Positions 14,311 to 25,998 of a DNA stretch of 64,000 bases are shown here, piece after piece. How positions within the stretch are numbered: position 1 is the stretch's first letter; every line of letters begins with the position of its first letter. Location: the NCBI GenBank assembly GCA_964016885.1, contig OZ024740.1, positions 199,144,001 through 199,208,000 on the forward strand, in the 5' to 3' direction. Source of the DNA: Eledone cirrhosa. Lineage: Eukaryota. The notes beneath the pieces are model-generated. The model was not told the DNA's origin, did no database searches, and saw nothing but the letters and a program-made list of their open reading frames with translations. Position numbers and translations under genes: made by a program.

Positions 14311-15240
14311 TGGTCACCTTGCCAGGATGAAGGATTCTAGAATACCAAAACAACTCTTTTATGGAGAGTTGGTTAAAGGAAAACGACCGCCAAATAAACC
14401 AAAAAAGAGGTATAAGGATTCTTTGAAAGCCTCTCTGAAAGACGCTAACATTGCTGCTGATCGTAATAAATGGAGAAAGACTGTATATGAGGGAAAAGTT
14501 ACCTTTGAGGCATCTCGAATCGCATACGAGAAAGTAAAGCGTGATGTGAGGAAGGGCATTGCTGTTGCACTTCCAGACGGCGAGGGTCCTCTTATGGTGC
14601 TGACATGCAGCATATGTGCGAGACTCTGCCTAAGTAAAGCTGGACTCGAAAGTCATCTTCGCAGTCATAAAGTAAGACCAGTGGTTGACTATCAGGCTGC
14701 TGTTGGAGATGCTACTCATCATGCTTGCCAAACATGTGGTAGAGAATGTAAATTAGCAGGAGGGCTCAAGCGACATGCAAAAGTACACGAACTCCAACCA
14801 CAGCCGACTATTCCCAGTAAATGTTTTGGTTGCCGACTCTCTGCAAGACATTTTAGATCATTGGCTGGGCTAAAAAGCCACATTCGATCGCAGCGCTGTT
14901 AGTTGCTATCGTGTGTGTGTGTGTGTGTGTGTGTAGATATGCTTATGTGTGTGCGTGTGTGTGTATGTATGTATGTATATGTATATTATTATTGTTGTTG
15001 TCGTTATTATTATTGTTGTTGTTATTATTGTTGTTGTTATTTTTGTTAATGTATGTGTGTGTGTATATGTGTGTGTGAGTATGTGTGTGTGTGTGTGTGT
15101 GTATATATGTATGTATATGTATATATATATATATATTTCTTTTTTTTTCTTTTTATTTATTTATTATTTTTTTTTTTCTCCTCGTGCAATGGCCATACTC
15201 GATAACGAGGGGGCAGCCATCATCATGTATGTATGTATGT
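14311..15240 (+). mobile_element. RTE-clade LINE, 5'-truncated 3' end with three C2H2-like zinc fingers (ORF ends 14902) and 3' UTR
   Basis: GHLARMKDSRIPKQLFYGEL..GKR....PKKRYKDSLK..DRNKWR, followed by fingers CSIC..H...H, CQTC..H...H and a degenerate CRLS..H. Ends ggccatactcgataacgagggggcagccatcatcat(gtat)n. Confidence 0.85.
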
Positions 15241-15242
15241 CA

Positions 15243-15855
15243 TGTCAGGTCACCAGTTGGTGCTACTGGTAACATGTATCCCAGTACAACCTGTCTCATG
15301 GTCGGGTTGTTGGCGACTAAACTGGCAACCCTCCCAAGGTTTCTAGGTGAGGAGGGTGACTTTGGATATCCTGCAGGACTAAAAACAAAACCTGTCAAGT
15401 GGCAAAAGAACTCTTAAGAGTCAATGGCCATCCAAAATCACCGGGAGAGATGACCCCTTAGCCTTTGTCAAGGCAGAATTCTAGGAGAAGGAAAACTCTG
15501 ATATAACACCTGCAACCCTGATGGTATTCAATGATGTTGACTTGTTATTCTTTTTGGTAAATATCATCTTGGTTAAGAGGGTGGGACTGGTTTGTGCAGT
15601 GCCTTTGCTCACTATAAAAGCTTCACGGCACAGGCATTGCTTTATATCTGGAGATCTCTCTGCACTTGTCGTTACATGGTACCATGGGCCCAGCACTATG
15701 TGTCAATAATTGTCACAAGTGTAGTGTTTGTACCAGAGTTTTCAAGTCGCTGGCTGGACTAAAAAGTCACACTCGTTAAGCGCATCGGTAGGGGTTCTCC
15801 TACATGGATATAAAGTAGTGGCCGTACTCGAAAACGAGTTGGCAGCCACCATGTA
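15243..15855 (+). mobile_element. RTE-tailed non-autonomous retroposon, ~610 bp, apparently complete (copy B)
   Basis: Has the family head. Its 3' end ggccgtactcgaaaacgagttggcagccaccat(gtat)n matches the adjacent RTE 3' end. The body is highly similar to 46765-47178. Confidence 0.85.
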
Positions 15856-15896
15856 TGTATGTATGTATGTATGTATGTATGTATGTATGTATGTAT

Positions 15897-16185
15897 GTTC
15901 TTCTGGTTTTATAATTTCACAAATTCTTTCCCAATAGAGAGAGAGTCGGTTTCTAACATACATACAAGACTCTCTCATTGGAATTTACACAACATCAACT
16001 AGGTATATTATGTATGCATGCATGCATATGTAGATATGGAATGTCACTGTATGTGTGGATGTGGATGTTTTGAGTTGTATGTGCATGTGTATATGCTTTG
16101 TATCTGTACATGTGTATATGCAGGTATTAGATGCAACAATTTTTGAATGTTTTACATATTTTTACTATTCCATTAATGGATTGTA
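15897..16185 (-). mobile_element. 3' terminal fragment of the same R4/Dong family as 10263-14290
   Basis: Aligns by eye to 10263-10550 (ttctggttttataatttcacaaat...ttccattaatg) and is flanked by (TATG)n on both sides. Confidence 0.88.
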
Positions 16186-16249
16186 CTTGTATGTATGTAT
16201 GTATGTATGTATGCATGTAAGTAAGTATGCATGTATATATAAGTATGTA

Positions 16250-16745
16250 TGTCAGTTCGCTCTCGAGTGCTACTAGCAACATGTAACCTAGTGTAACCTG
16301 TCCCATGGTTGGGTTGTCGGCGACTTAACTAGCAACGCCACCAAGCTTCTTTGGTGAGGAGGCTGATATTTGGACACCCTGTAGGATGTAATACAAGACC
16401 TGGTAAAGGGCTGAGGAACTCAGCAGAGTCAACAGCCATCCAAATAGTACCTTTTCTTTTCACTTGGGAGTGATAGGCCCCCACTTGTCACAACACATTT
16501 CTAGGAAAGGGAAACATCCGATGATGTTGACCAGCTCTCCTTTTCGGGTAGTGTTTTCGATGCTCAGGGAGTGGGATTGGTCGAGTGCAAGGCTTTCACC
16601 TCTTAAAAAAACATTCAGATCACTGGCATTACTTGTTCAGGATATGTTACATGTTTGTGCAACTGACCTTAGACTAAAGTGGCACCAAACTCTATAATCC
16701 TCCAAGCAATTACATTACTCTCAGCAGAATTTGCAGCCATCATGT
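16250..16745 (+). mobile_element. RTE-tailed non-autonomous retroposon, diverged subfamily (copy C)
   Basis: Family head plus a 3' end gcagccatcat(gtat)n. Confidence 0.75.
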
Positions 16746-16760
16746 ATGTATGTATGTATG

Positions 16761-16940
16761 TTTTTTTTTCTCTTAATTTCGAGCACATTTTTGACCGGAC
16801 ACCTTCCTAGTGGCAAAATTGTAAAAGAAAAGTAATTGTCATCTCTTGAATCACAAGAATGTTTTGCAAATGTTGAAGGTGTCAGCTGTCGTAGCCATTT
16901 TCTAAGCTATGAATTAGGGAGCTGCGCACTTTGTCCAACT
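16761..16940 (-). mobile_element. 3' fragment of a second R4/Dong-like family
   Basis: Minus strand reads ..TFNICKTFL* (compare GTVKICKIF of the R4 above), then a short UTR and an A-tract abutting (CATA)n. Confidence 0.55.
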
Positions 16941-17203
16941 ATATATGTATGTAATGTATGCATGTATGTATGTAAGTATGTATGTATGCATATATATGTG
17001 CATACGTATCTACGTGGCTGTGTATGTATATATTTATATATATACATATGTATGTGAGCGGGCTGGACTGTTTCTGAATAAAGCCAACGTATAAGGTTCG
17101 CACGATCCGGTCTGATAAAATGATCGTAAAACAATGACTTAGAACCCGCTCATATTCTGCTATTCTTTTATTTTTTTTATCACACAGACACACATATACC
17201 TCC

Positions 17204-17277
<74 letters not shown>

Positions 17278-17292
17278 AAGAGAGAAGAGTAA

Positions 17293-20200
17293 CATGGTTG
17301 GTTGTATAATAACGGCTTTATTTAAAGTACTAACAATTATTTTGTTGATAAGGTGCGTCTAGATTTCGCTAATCGCTTGAGGTTGCGTCAATCGATTTCC
17401 AATACATTGTTTACCACTGGTCAACACATCAAAGTACGTATATATGAAAATAATTCACTCGAGGCAAGACTTATATAGAAAAACAGCGTAAAACCAAAAC
17501 GATAACATCAATAATAAAATAGCGTATAATTAAAACAATATGGTAAATAGATAGAGAAGTTACAGATATAAAAAGTAAAAAGTAAAATATAAGAGAGGGT
17601 ACATTGAAAAATAATAAGAAAATGAGGAAATGGAAAATGTAAAGAAAGAAATGAGTGAGAGAGTGCAACTAGATATTAGTAGTTTTTGAGTAAGTGTTAT
17701 TTATAGGGATTCTTTTGTGCTAACACGAGAAACCAGATTTGAGATGTAGATAAAGACGTGCAGAGGGTCCGATAAAAGAAAAGACAATACATTAGAGATT
17801 AATTGATGTATACATGTATTAAATGTATGGGCTAGGCATGACGGGACGTTTGATAAACGCTTGTTGTAAATGTTTTGCTGATTGTTCTATCTTAATGGGG
17901 TTGATGGAAAGGGGTGAGAGAAATGTACAGAAATTTATGATCCAGTACCAGTTGGCTAATAGCGGTGTGATGGTGGGTATTCTATACGTTAAAATCAAGG
18001 TGGTTCAGTACTAATTTTGGGATTGCTGGTTCAAATCATGGTGGTTTGAAGTTCGTAAATCTAGTAGCTTTTTTATGCCTACAGAAACCAGATCTTTCTA
18101 TTTTGCTGTTAAGGAGCATCCTATCGTATCTTAAAATATGTAGTAGTTCTAAATTACAAAGCCCGCAGTGGGACATACAGTTGCTGTAGGCTTTTGCTAC
18201 CGACAATTTCGACCAGCTAATCTTATATTCTACGTTTCTTTCCTTAATCTGCCAGATTTTATTGGCGAGCGTTGTAGAGTTCTCCAGAGCACGGTTCTTC
18301 ATGGAGTGTCTGTAGACGTACCACCTTTTATTAAACTCCCCAGCTGTAAAACCTGTGTAGTGCCCGGTTGAGTTGCCTGAATTCACAGTACACAGGTATA
18401 CCATACTTGGCCCCGGGCATCTATTCCACAGTGGGCACTTATCCGGTAGGTGGCAATTACAATTTGAGGTTTTATTTTGTGCAGGTTCGTCGTTGCAATT
18501 TTGTAAGTTGTTGTGGGTGGGTTGTGATTTAGGTCTATTAATGTTTTGCTGTGATGCGTTCTGATGCGTTTGTGGTTGTGATGTTGTTATGTGTTTTTTT
18601 TTGTATTTGGTGCTATGGTGCGCGTTGGTAGGTTAATTTCTTTAGAGATATTTTTGTGGTTGATCTTACGTATGTGCGATTCTATGTTGGCTGCAGTAGA
18701 GTATGACAGTTTTATAGTTTTTCTATTGAAGATTTAATGGTACTTGTGTAGTGTAGGGAAGTGCTTATCTATTAGTTTAAAGAATGTAGAAGGTAGTTTA
18801 GTTGTTATAGAGCAGTTGAATATAGGGGTTGAACCATAAGTACTTCCTTTTTTGGATCTTCTATAGTCTTTGGGGCTCCTAATATTAGTGTTCTGTTCGG
18901 TTACTTTTGGTGCTCGTTGTCTAATTCTATGCTTAGTCCTATGCTTGTTATTTCTGTATGAGCGGGTATGTTGATGTCATTAGGTTTGTTGTTGTGTCTA
19001 TCTAGTATGTATTACAGCTTCTGCTTATGTCCAGCCTTATGTAAAGCTACGTTATAATAGTTTGCGTTTTCGTTAAAAATTTATAGGTTTGAAGATAGGC
19101 GGGATATTCTGAGGGATATACTATGTGCTATGGAGTTAATTATGGAACGGGGGTGGTTTGAGTTGTAACTAATTTAGGCTAGATTTTCGTTATTCTTATG
19201 GAAGGGCTCTATTAATCCTGTGTTTAGGTTGAATTCCTTATATAAGTTGTGCGCTATATTTATTCCCACCAAGTCCGTTATCTGCGCTGAGTCGTTCGAT
19301 CCCATTGTGATATCGAAGCTATTCTGTCTGTTTTTTCATTCCCAGTAATTATTTTTGAATTTAATATTAGTCCTTCTATCAGCTAGTATTATTTTAATTT
19401 CGTCCGAGGTAAGATCCGAATTTTTCTGGGCAAAGCTTAGCGCTTTACCCAGCGTGACTGGGGAAATGAATGAGTAGTAGTCATTAATGTCGAATTGTAT
19501 GAAATTATATGTTTTTCTATTGCTTATTTTGCTGAACCAATCTATTGCTTCGTTAGTGTTACCCCATAGCTTAATTACTAGTTTGTCCTTAATTTGTGCG
19601 ATTACTCTGTCTAGTATACACTTGCTAATTCTACCGATATCCGACTTAGATGGGCATATTAATCTAATTGTGCGGTCTGTTTCAAAATTATTTTTGTGAT
19701 CATTTAGGTTAAATGTGGGGTTACAAGGTGTTAGAGGCTTGGTTCTATGAGATATTTTCAGTTTCTTTTGCTATGCCATGTATCTTCCTTGTGAGTGTAG
19801 ATTCAGTTGTTGTTTTTTGTATTTTTTGTGCAATTACCGGCGTATAAAATTATTGTATGTATTGAGGCTCATGGTGTATACGTTTGATGTTTTGACTGCT
19901 TTTACTATAATACCGTTAGTGTTGCGTAGTTTTTTTAGTAGTGCATTGATGTCGTTTTGCAATTTGTTGTGATGTGTCCGTCTTTTGAATTTAGTTCCAC
20001 TTATCATGTTCATCAGGTCGAGTTCGAAGGCAACGAGCTGGAGGTTATTTGGTGGATTTTTACAGGATTTGAATGAGTATTTTTCCCTGGTAAATTCCTC
20101 CGTGTTATTAGCGAGTCCTTTGTCCTAATGGTAGGGTTCTATCGGATTCGCCGGATGAAATCATTAGTACGTTGTATCATGCTGAGTGAGAGGTCCTTGT

Positions 20201-20579
20201 TTGTAGGTATAGGAATGTTTTTCAGTGACATGCCTATGTGGTGCTTTTCTATGTTAGTGCCGTGCATTAAGGTTGTTGCTCAACCTAGTGCGAGCCGTAT
20301 ATATGGGATAACAAGTTATCGTTATAAGTAATTATTGTTTTAATTATACGCTATTTTATTATTGATGTTATCGTTTTGGTTTTACGCTGTTTCTCTATAT
20401 AAGTCTTGCCTCGAGTGAATTATTTTCATATCTACGTACTCTGATGTGTTGACCAGTGGTAAACAATGTATTGGAGATCGATTGACGCAACCTCAAGCGA
20501 TTAGCGAACTCTAGACACACCTGATCAACGAAACAATTGTCAGTATTTTAAATAAAGCCCTTATTGTACAGTCAAGCAT
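17293..20579 (-). mobile_element. Penelope-like element (Hydra-clade-like) with near-complete but disrupted ORF (20267 to 18036) and inverted ~247-bp pseudo-LTRs (17293-17540 / 20333-20579)
   Basis: N-terminus MSLKNIPIP; RLICPSKSDIG; QFDINDYY; FDITMGSNDSAQITDLVG; SNCNCHLPDKCPLWNRC; MVY...YTGFT; CGLCNLE..K.E...CRH. The two arms are reverse complements and contain an HHR plus AATAAA. Confidence 0.92.
20437..20545 (+). ncRNA. Type I hammerhead-like motif with an 82-nt stem II; a more degenerate copy lies at 17328-17436 (-)
   Basis: tact-CTGATGT-gttgaccag...ctgatcaac-GAAA-caattg-TC-agta. Stem III is palindromic, the triplet is GTC, and position 9 is U instead of A. Confidence 0.7.
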
Positions 20580-21794
20580 ATTGTATAAAGCTATGCTTAA
20601 AGCTAAATCCTATATATGGACATCACCAGAGGGCGTCAGCCCCACGGTGTTTGCATAGCTACGGATTCCTAAAACTGTATTTCTTTGGAGATACGAAATA
20701 TTTATACATATTGTATAAAGCTATGCTTGAAGAGAAATCCTATTTCTTATATATATATAAGAGAAACAAGGCGCTCTGTAGGTATTGATAAAGTGTATTT
20801 AGAAATGATAATTGAAAGGAAAGCACAAACAAGGGACGGGTCCCCTCTTCAGTTGCTGAGGGAGGCCTCAGACGTTCCAACGCATTAAAGACAATACGTC
20901 TGTCCCCAGTACGTCAATAACTTTGCAAGTTATTGGGGAGAGAAAATTAATTAAACAGAAGTGAAAAAAAGAGTGGAAAAAATCGCAAAAAACATATCGA
21001 TAGATGGTGGTTAAACACGAGAGATGGGGGATATATGTAGACATGTCCGCTCTCCCCGTCCGACGGGAGATATCCCACCCACTTTGTGGTGGGTGAGAGA
21101 TGACTTCTTTTGTGAACATGGGTAGAGCTTTCATTATGTAAAATTTTCCCTTATCTCTCCCCGGTTTGGCGCACTATTGTCGAGGTTCTCCCCGTTTGGG
21201 CTTCTAGAGATTGGCCGGTATGATATATACAGGAAATAAAATAACAATCAAATATTAGGGTCGGTGTGATTGTTTTCCTCTCCTCACAGATTACAGACCT
21301 TCTGCCTAAATTAGAAACCATTATTGCTATGTATGAATCTTTGGCATAATCAGTCGAATGTTAGAAGTAAATGTGTTACCTACTTTGTGTTTTTGTTTAA
21401 CGACGTGTGAACTAATCTTTTATACTTTCACATAAAATAGACGTGTACCAATAAAGGATAAATTGCTAACCAAGAATTGGTAATGCAAAACTATTTGTTA
21501 TTGTTGTAGTTTAGCATCAGTTAAATTTTAAATTCTTATTAATTGTTGATTGTAATAATAAGTCTTTATCTGATAGGTTATGGTTACTATAATATAGATC
21601 CTAGCAATTATACATGTTATTAGTTATACCTACTGTCATTATAGATAATTCCTATATACTATTCATTACTGTTTTTGTAGTTTATTCTGAGTGAAAGGAG
21701 GTATGATCAAAAGAACACCAACTGTTACTATCCCATCTTTTTGGGCTATTTAATCAACACATGTCAGCTATAGCTTCTACTTGCTACTGATATC

Positions 21795-22110
21795 ATATAA
21801 TACAGTCCAATCTACACCAGGGTCTAAACCAGCAACTAAACCGGGTCCCTCATCAAACACAGGTCAGGTAAGGAGGGTAAGTGGAACTCCAGTATTACAA
21901 AATCATGAGGTGTTAAAATGGGCGGAAGATCTCCTCAGATTCAACGCCCATCCGCTCTAATTAAAGGTTAAATGGTCTGAACAGCGCGCAATTGGCCACG
22001 CGTTGTGAGTGCGGCTACACCACTGACAATACCCAACTACACTGAAAGTGGTTGTGGTTAGTGAGGGAGGGTCTCCTCCACACGGTGTGAGAAGGATCTT
22101 GTCTGGATTG
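21795..22110 (+). mobile_element. Fragment related to the RTE 5'-UTR-like head of the non-autonomous family
   Basis: caactaaaccgg...ggtaaggagggt...gggcggaagatctc...tcaacgcccatcc parallels the family head motifs. Confidence 0.45.
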
Positions 22111-22578
22111 GATAATCAACACTACATTATCAAACGCTTTTTATTTTTTTAATTAGTAGAATGAGATCCGATGCAGATTCGGCTGATATTGCTCAGCAGG
22201 CTTTTCATATTCATTGTATATGTATCTCTGGCTTCATAGGTATCATATGTATTGTATATATTAATATGCTAGTAACCTATGGATACCAGTGGTCGCCGCA
22301 TGGTTAAATGGCTAAGAAGTTCTCTTACAGGTTAATTAACCAGCAAGCTATTCCATTGAATGAACAACTGAAACACTCAGCATAGAAACAAAGACAGAGG
22401 TAATTTCATTCCACTGATACCATGATACAGATATGCGAATCACGACTGGTAATTGAAAATGGACATTTCACCCCGTAATGGCTCTTTAATTTACATAATT
22501 CTTACACGGGAATTAACGCCATCTCTGACTGAGAGAATATAATTGCGTATATGTATATATATGTTGTATATAGATATG

Positions 22579-22666
<88 letters not shown>

Positions 22667-22705
22667 TGTGTGTGTATATATATATTGTGTATATATATAT
22701 ATAAA

Positions 22706-22768
<63 letters not shown>

Positions 22769-23239
22769 CATGCAAGCAGGTGTATGTGTGTGTGTCTCTG
22801 TGTACATTGTCTATTTTTCTCGAGATTACGTTTGTGTATTCAATGTGTTTCTGTGAATAAGCTTTTATAATGATGGTTTCAAATAAAAGTACATAGAACT
22901 GATGCTATAAAGAGAGGTGAATATTTAAAATTCTATACATTGACATGGCGACTTTGGGATGGGAATTAAGTATACACCATAGGTATTATCTGCATATGTT
23001 TATTAGATTGTGTAGACTTTCTATAAATAGTTTACATACTGAAACTCATACACCTGCACATATGCACGCGCCCACATAGATAAACAAATATATATATGTA
23101 TATATGCATATAGGGTTGTGTGTGTTAGTAGTTGACGCAGTTTTTAGATTATATTCGGTTCTTAGTAATTTGGCACAATGGCTTTGAACAAAACCATCAT
23201 GACTCTAAAACAAAGCCCTTATTTTTTTAAAGCAATCAT

Positions 23240-24360
23240 TTGTGGCAACAGAGACAGTAAAGGCGTCCAAATTAAAGTCATATGAGGTCTTGCGTTAAGC
23301 TAGATTCCAATTTCAGATAAGCAAATGAAGTATTCTGTCCGCATATAAAGTACTCAAATATGGCAAGTCCTTGGGGAAGATGAAATTCGGTCCGAGATAT
23401 TAAAAGCCTTACATAGAGAAGGCATTCACTGGCTGACGCCAGTGTGCTGTGTGACCTGGATCACTGAAAAGGTACCTAAGTGATGGTAATGGGGAGAGAT
23501 AATGTGAATTTTGCAAAAACGGATTCAAGACAGATTATAGATGGATATTCATCATATGCCGTCCAGGTAAAGTCTATGATAAGTGCCTGGAAATGTCATG
23601 TATGAATATTGTCGAGTCCAAGGTAGTTGACAATTAGTGGGGTGGTATTCGCACAAACGAGATAATATTCACAAAAAGCCAGTTCTTTCACAAATCCTGA
23701 GAGCATTGCTAGGAGGTGTATGCTTGGTTTGTAGACCTCGAAAACGCATGAGTATCATATTGTATTCAACGCGACCTGTTGTGGAAGGTTCTACAGGAGC
23801 AGATTGATAACTTTTTTTGTTGTTCTCATGTCTCTATACGAATTCCTAACATTTCTGTTCGGATAAATGGCGCTAAGAGGACACATTGTTATCTCTCTTG
23901 TTCATAATCGTCATGAACAGGATTGATATGCGCAGTCGGGCTGAAGTTTGTGTTAAGACCGGTAAGTGTATTATCGATCGGCTGGAATGTGCGGATTATA
24001 CTACTTAACTGGTGATTTACGACATGCACTTGATACGCATTCTGAGGAGCACTGAACGACAGGAATGAAAAATAATCCAGCGAAGGATGATACATCAGTA
24101 TTCTCAAAGTACCCTGTGCAGTGTACTCTATATATGAGTTCAAGTATCTCGTGGCCGTGTTCACGGGATAAAATGCAGGAGGCTGACTAAGTGCAATATT
24201 TGCAGGAGCTGACACAGTAATGCTCCAGCTTTAGTATTCGCTCAACGTAAGAAGAGGGGTTGGTGGAAAGGTCAACCTCACTGTCCTCAATTCCGTAATC
24301 GTGGTAACACTTACCTACAGTCATAAGTCTTAGGTAATGACCGAACGAATATGAAGTGTT
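23240..24360 (+). mobile_element. Decayed RTE-clade LINE RT region
   Basis: Manual translation across frames gives GK..GEDEIRSEILKAL..EGIHWL..W....VP..W, PGKVY.K.LE, FVDLENA and LTY.H.S.VMTER. Confidence 0.7.
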
Positions 24361-24758
24361 AAAATGGTATCAAATTCAACTTATCCACCCTTCTTCTACG
24401 GATAATAATATGTAGTACCATTGAAGTAATGGAGTAGCATTTTTCAATTTTGCTCTCCCTGAAAGTGTTCCAGCATTTGTGCCTAAATTAGATATCAATG
24501 TTTCATGGACTGATTGCATTGGCTATCTCGTTGTAAATTTGATATCGTTTTTGTTACATATATTTAGATATTCCTATTTGTAAGCTACGACCGTATATAG
24601 CAAATGTTCAAAATCTTGGGAGATACATATATATCTACATTACATGGACGATTATTCAAAGATAATTTATATTCACTATGCTTTTATTTTATGTTAGATA
24701 TTTTCCTTGAAATCTTTAAATATTTCATAATGACATGCTGCATTACTAAAATATATTT

Positions 24759-24940
24759 AATTGTTTCTACTTTAGGCACAAGGCCAGCAATTATCCAGTT
24801 CATTACTGGTACTTTATTTTATCGACCCCGTAAGGATGAAAGGCAAAGTCAACCTCGGCGGGATTTGAACTCAGATCGTAAAGGGACGTAACTATGCTGG
24901 AAAGCATGGCGTCCGACCCTCTACCGATACTGCCGTCAGC
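24759..24940 (-). mobile_element. tRNA-derived SINE with Nin/Deu-like central domain
   Basis: Minus strand has A-box-like ggcagtatcggtag, B-box gagttcaaatccc, core gcctttcatccttacggggtcgataaaataaagtaccag and tail gccttgtgcctaaagtagaaac. Near-identical copies lie at 53864 and 61808; degenerate relatives lie near 21250, 24380, 25150 and 60460. Confidence 0.85.
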
Positions 24941-25868
24941 AAACTATGGATATAAGGATATTAATATATTCAAATAAATTGTTTTCAAGCTGAGGGTTGA
25001 TAACTGGCTTGAATAATGTATTATCATCTAGTCGCTTGGTTTTCTATATAGGTGATATTTGCATGTTATTAAGTTTAAGGCAGTGTCAAGTAAATTAGGA
25101 GTAAATATTCACAATTTTTTTAGTCTAGTTCTTTACATATTTTCCAATTTAAGCACAACGCCAACAATCTTTGGGGAGGAGATTTTCAATTGAATCAACC
25201 CAGTGTTTGATTTTATCGAATCCCCAATGATAAAATGCAAAGCTAACCATGGCAGGATTTGAAAGCAATGAATGGGATATTTAACACATCAATTTGTTGG
25301 TTGACCATGTGACATTAGACTATTCAGTCGGTATAAATTCTATCTGAACTTTATAAAAAATAAAATATAGTAGAAGGAATTATTTGCAGCATTTCAGCAT
25401 ATAAATAAATTATATAAATATAAATTTTCATTTCCGTCAAAAGATATTGTAGAACTACAGGAGATATTTTTTGGACGATAACCTTAATATCAGAAACTAT
25501 GATTAATGTAATGCTGTATATATACAAAAGGACTAGACAGGTGAGAATAAAGTCGATAATATTTTCTTGAAACTCTTTTCTATATTCCCTTCCACAATAC
25601 ATCATTTAAATGTTAAATATTTTGCGAATGTCAACGTAGATGCTGTACACTTACTCATATAATATAAAATTAAAATTATTACAAACACCGAGGTAAAGTT
25701 AATTATGTTTAATTAAAATATGGCAACATAAAACAGGGCTAGTCATCACCATCTGCCACCACTAGCTAGGCACCCTATCTTAATTAACACTCCTCAATTA
25801 AATCTACTCCTCCATCTCGAGACTTCCTTTATTTATACTGTGTCTGCTATTGCAACGTTAATAAAATG

Positions 25869-25905
<37 letters not shown>

Positions 25906-25915
25906 TATATATATA

Positions 25916-25998
<83 letters not shown>

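Noticed and set aside
14294-14902. Host C2H2 zinc-finger gene
   Set aside because: The N-terminal half is an RTE C-terminal domain, the ATG comes from (TATG)n, and an RTE 3' end follows.
15310-15362. Twister ribozyme resemblance (TAA..cccaag..gaggaggg) in the RTE-derived head
   Set aside because: No P1 pairing could be built, and other copies form a simple caccaag/cttggtg hairpin instead.
17293-20579. DNA transposon with 247-bp TIRs
   Set aside because: The interior encodes PLE RT/GIY-YIG and the arms contain an HHR and AATAAA, so they are inverted pseudo-LTRs.
24850-24940. tRNA gene
   Set aside because: A/B-box-like motifs are present but there is no cloverleaf; it is the head of a SINE found in three or more copies.
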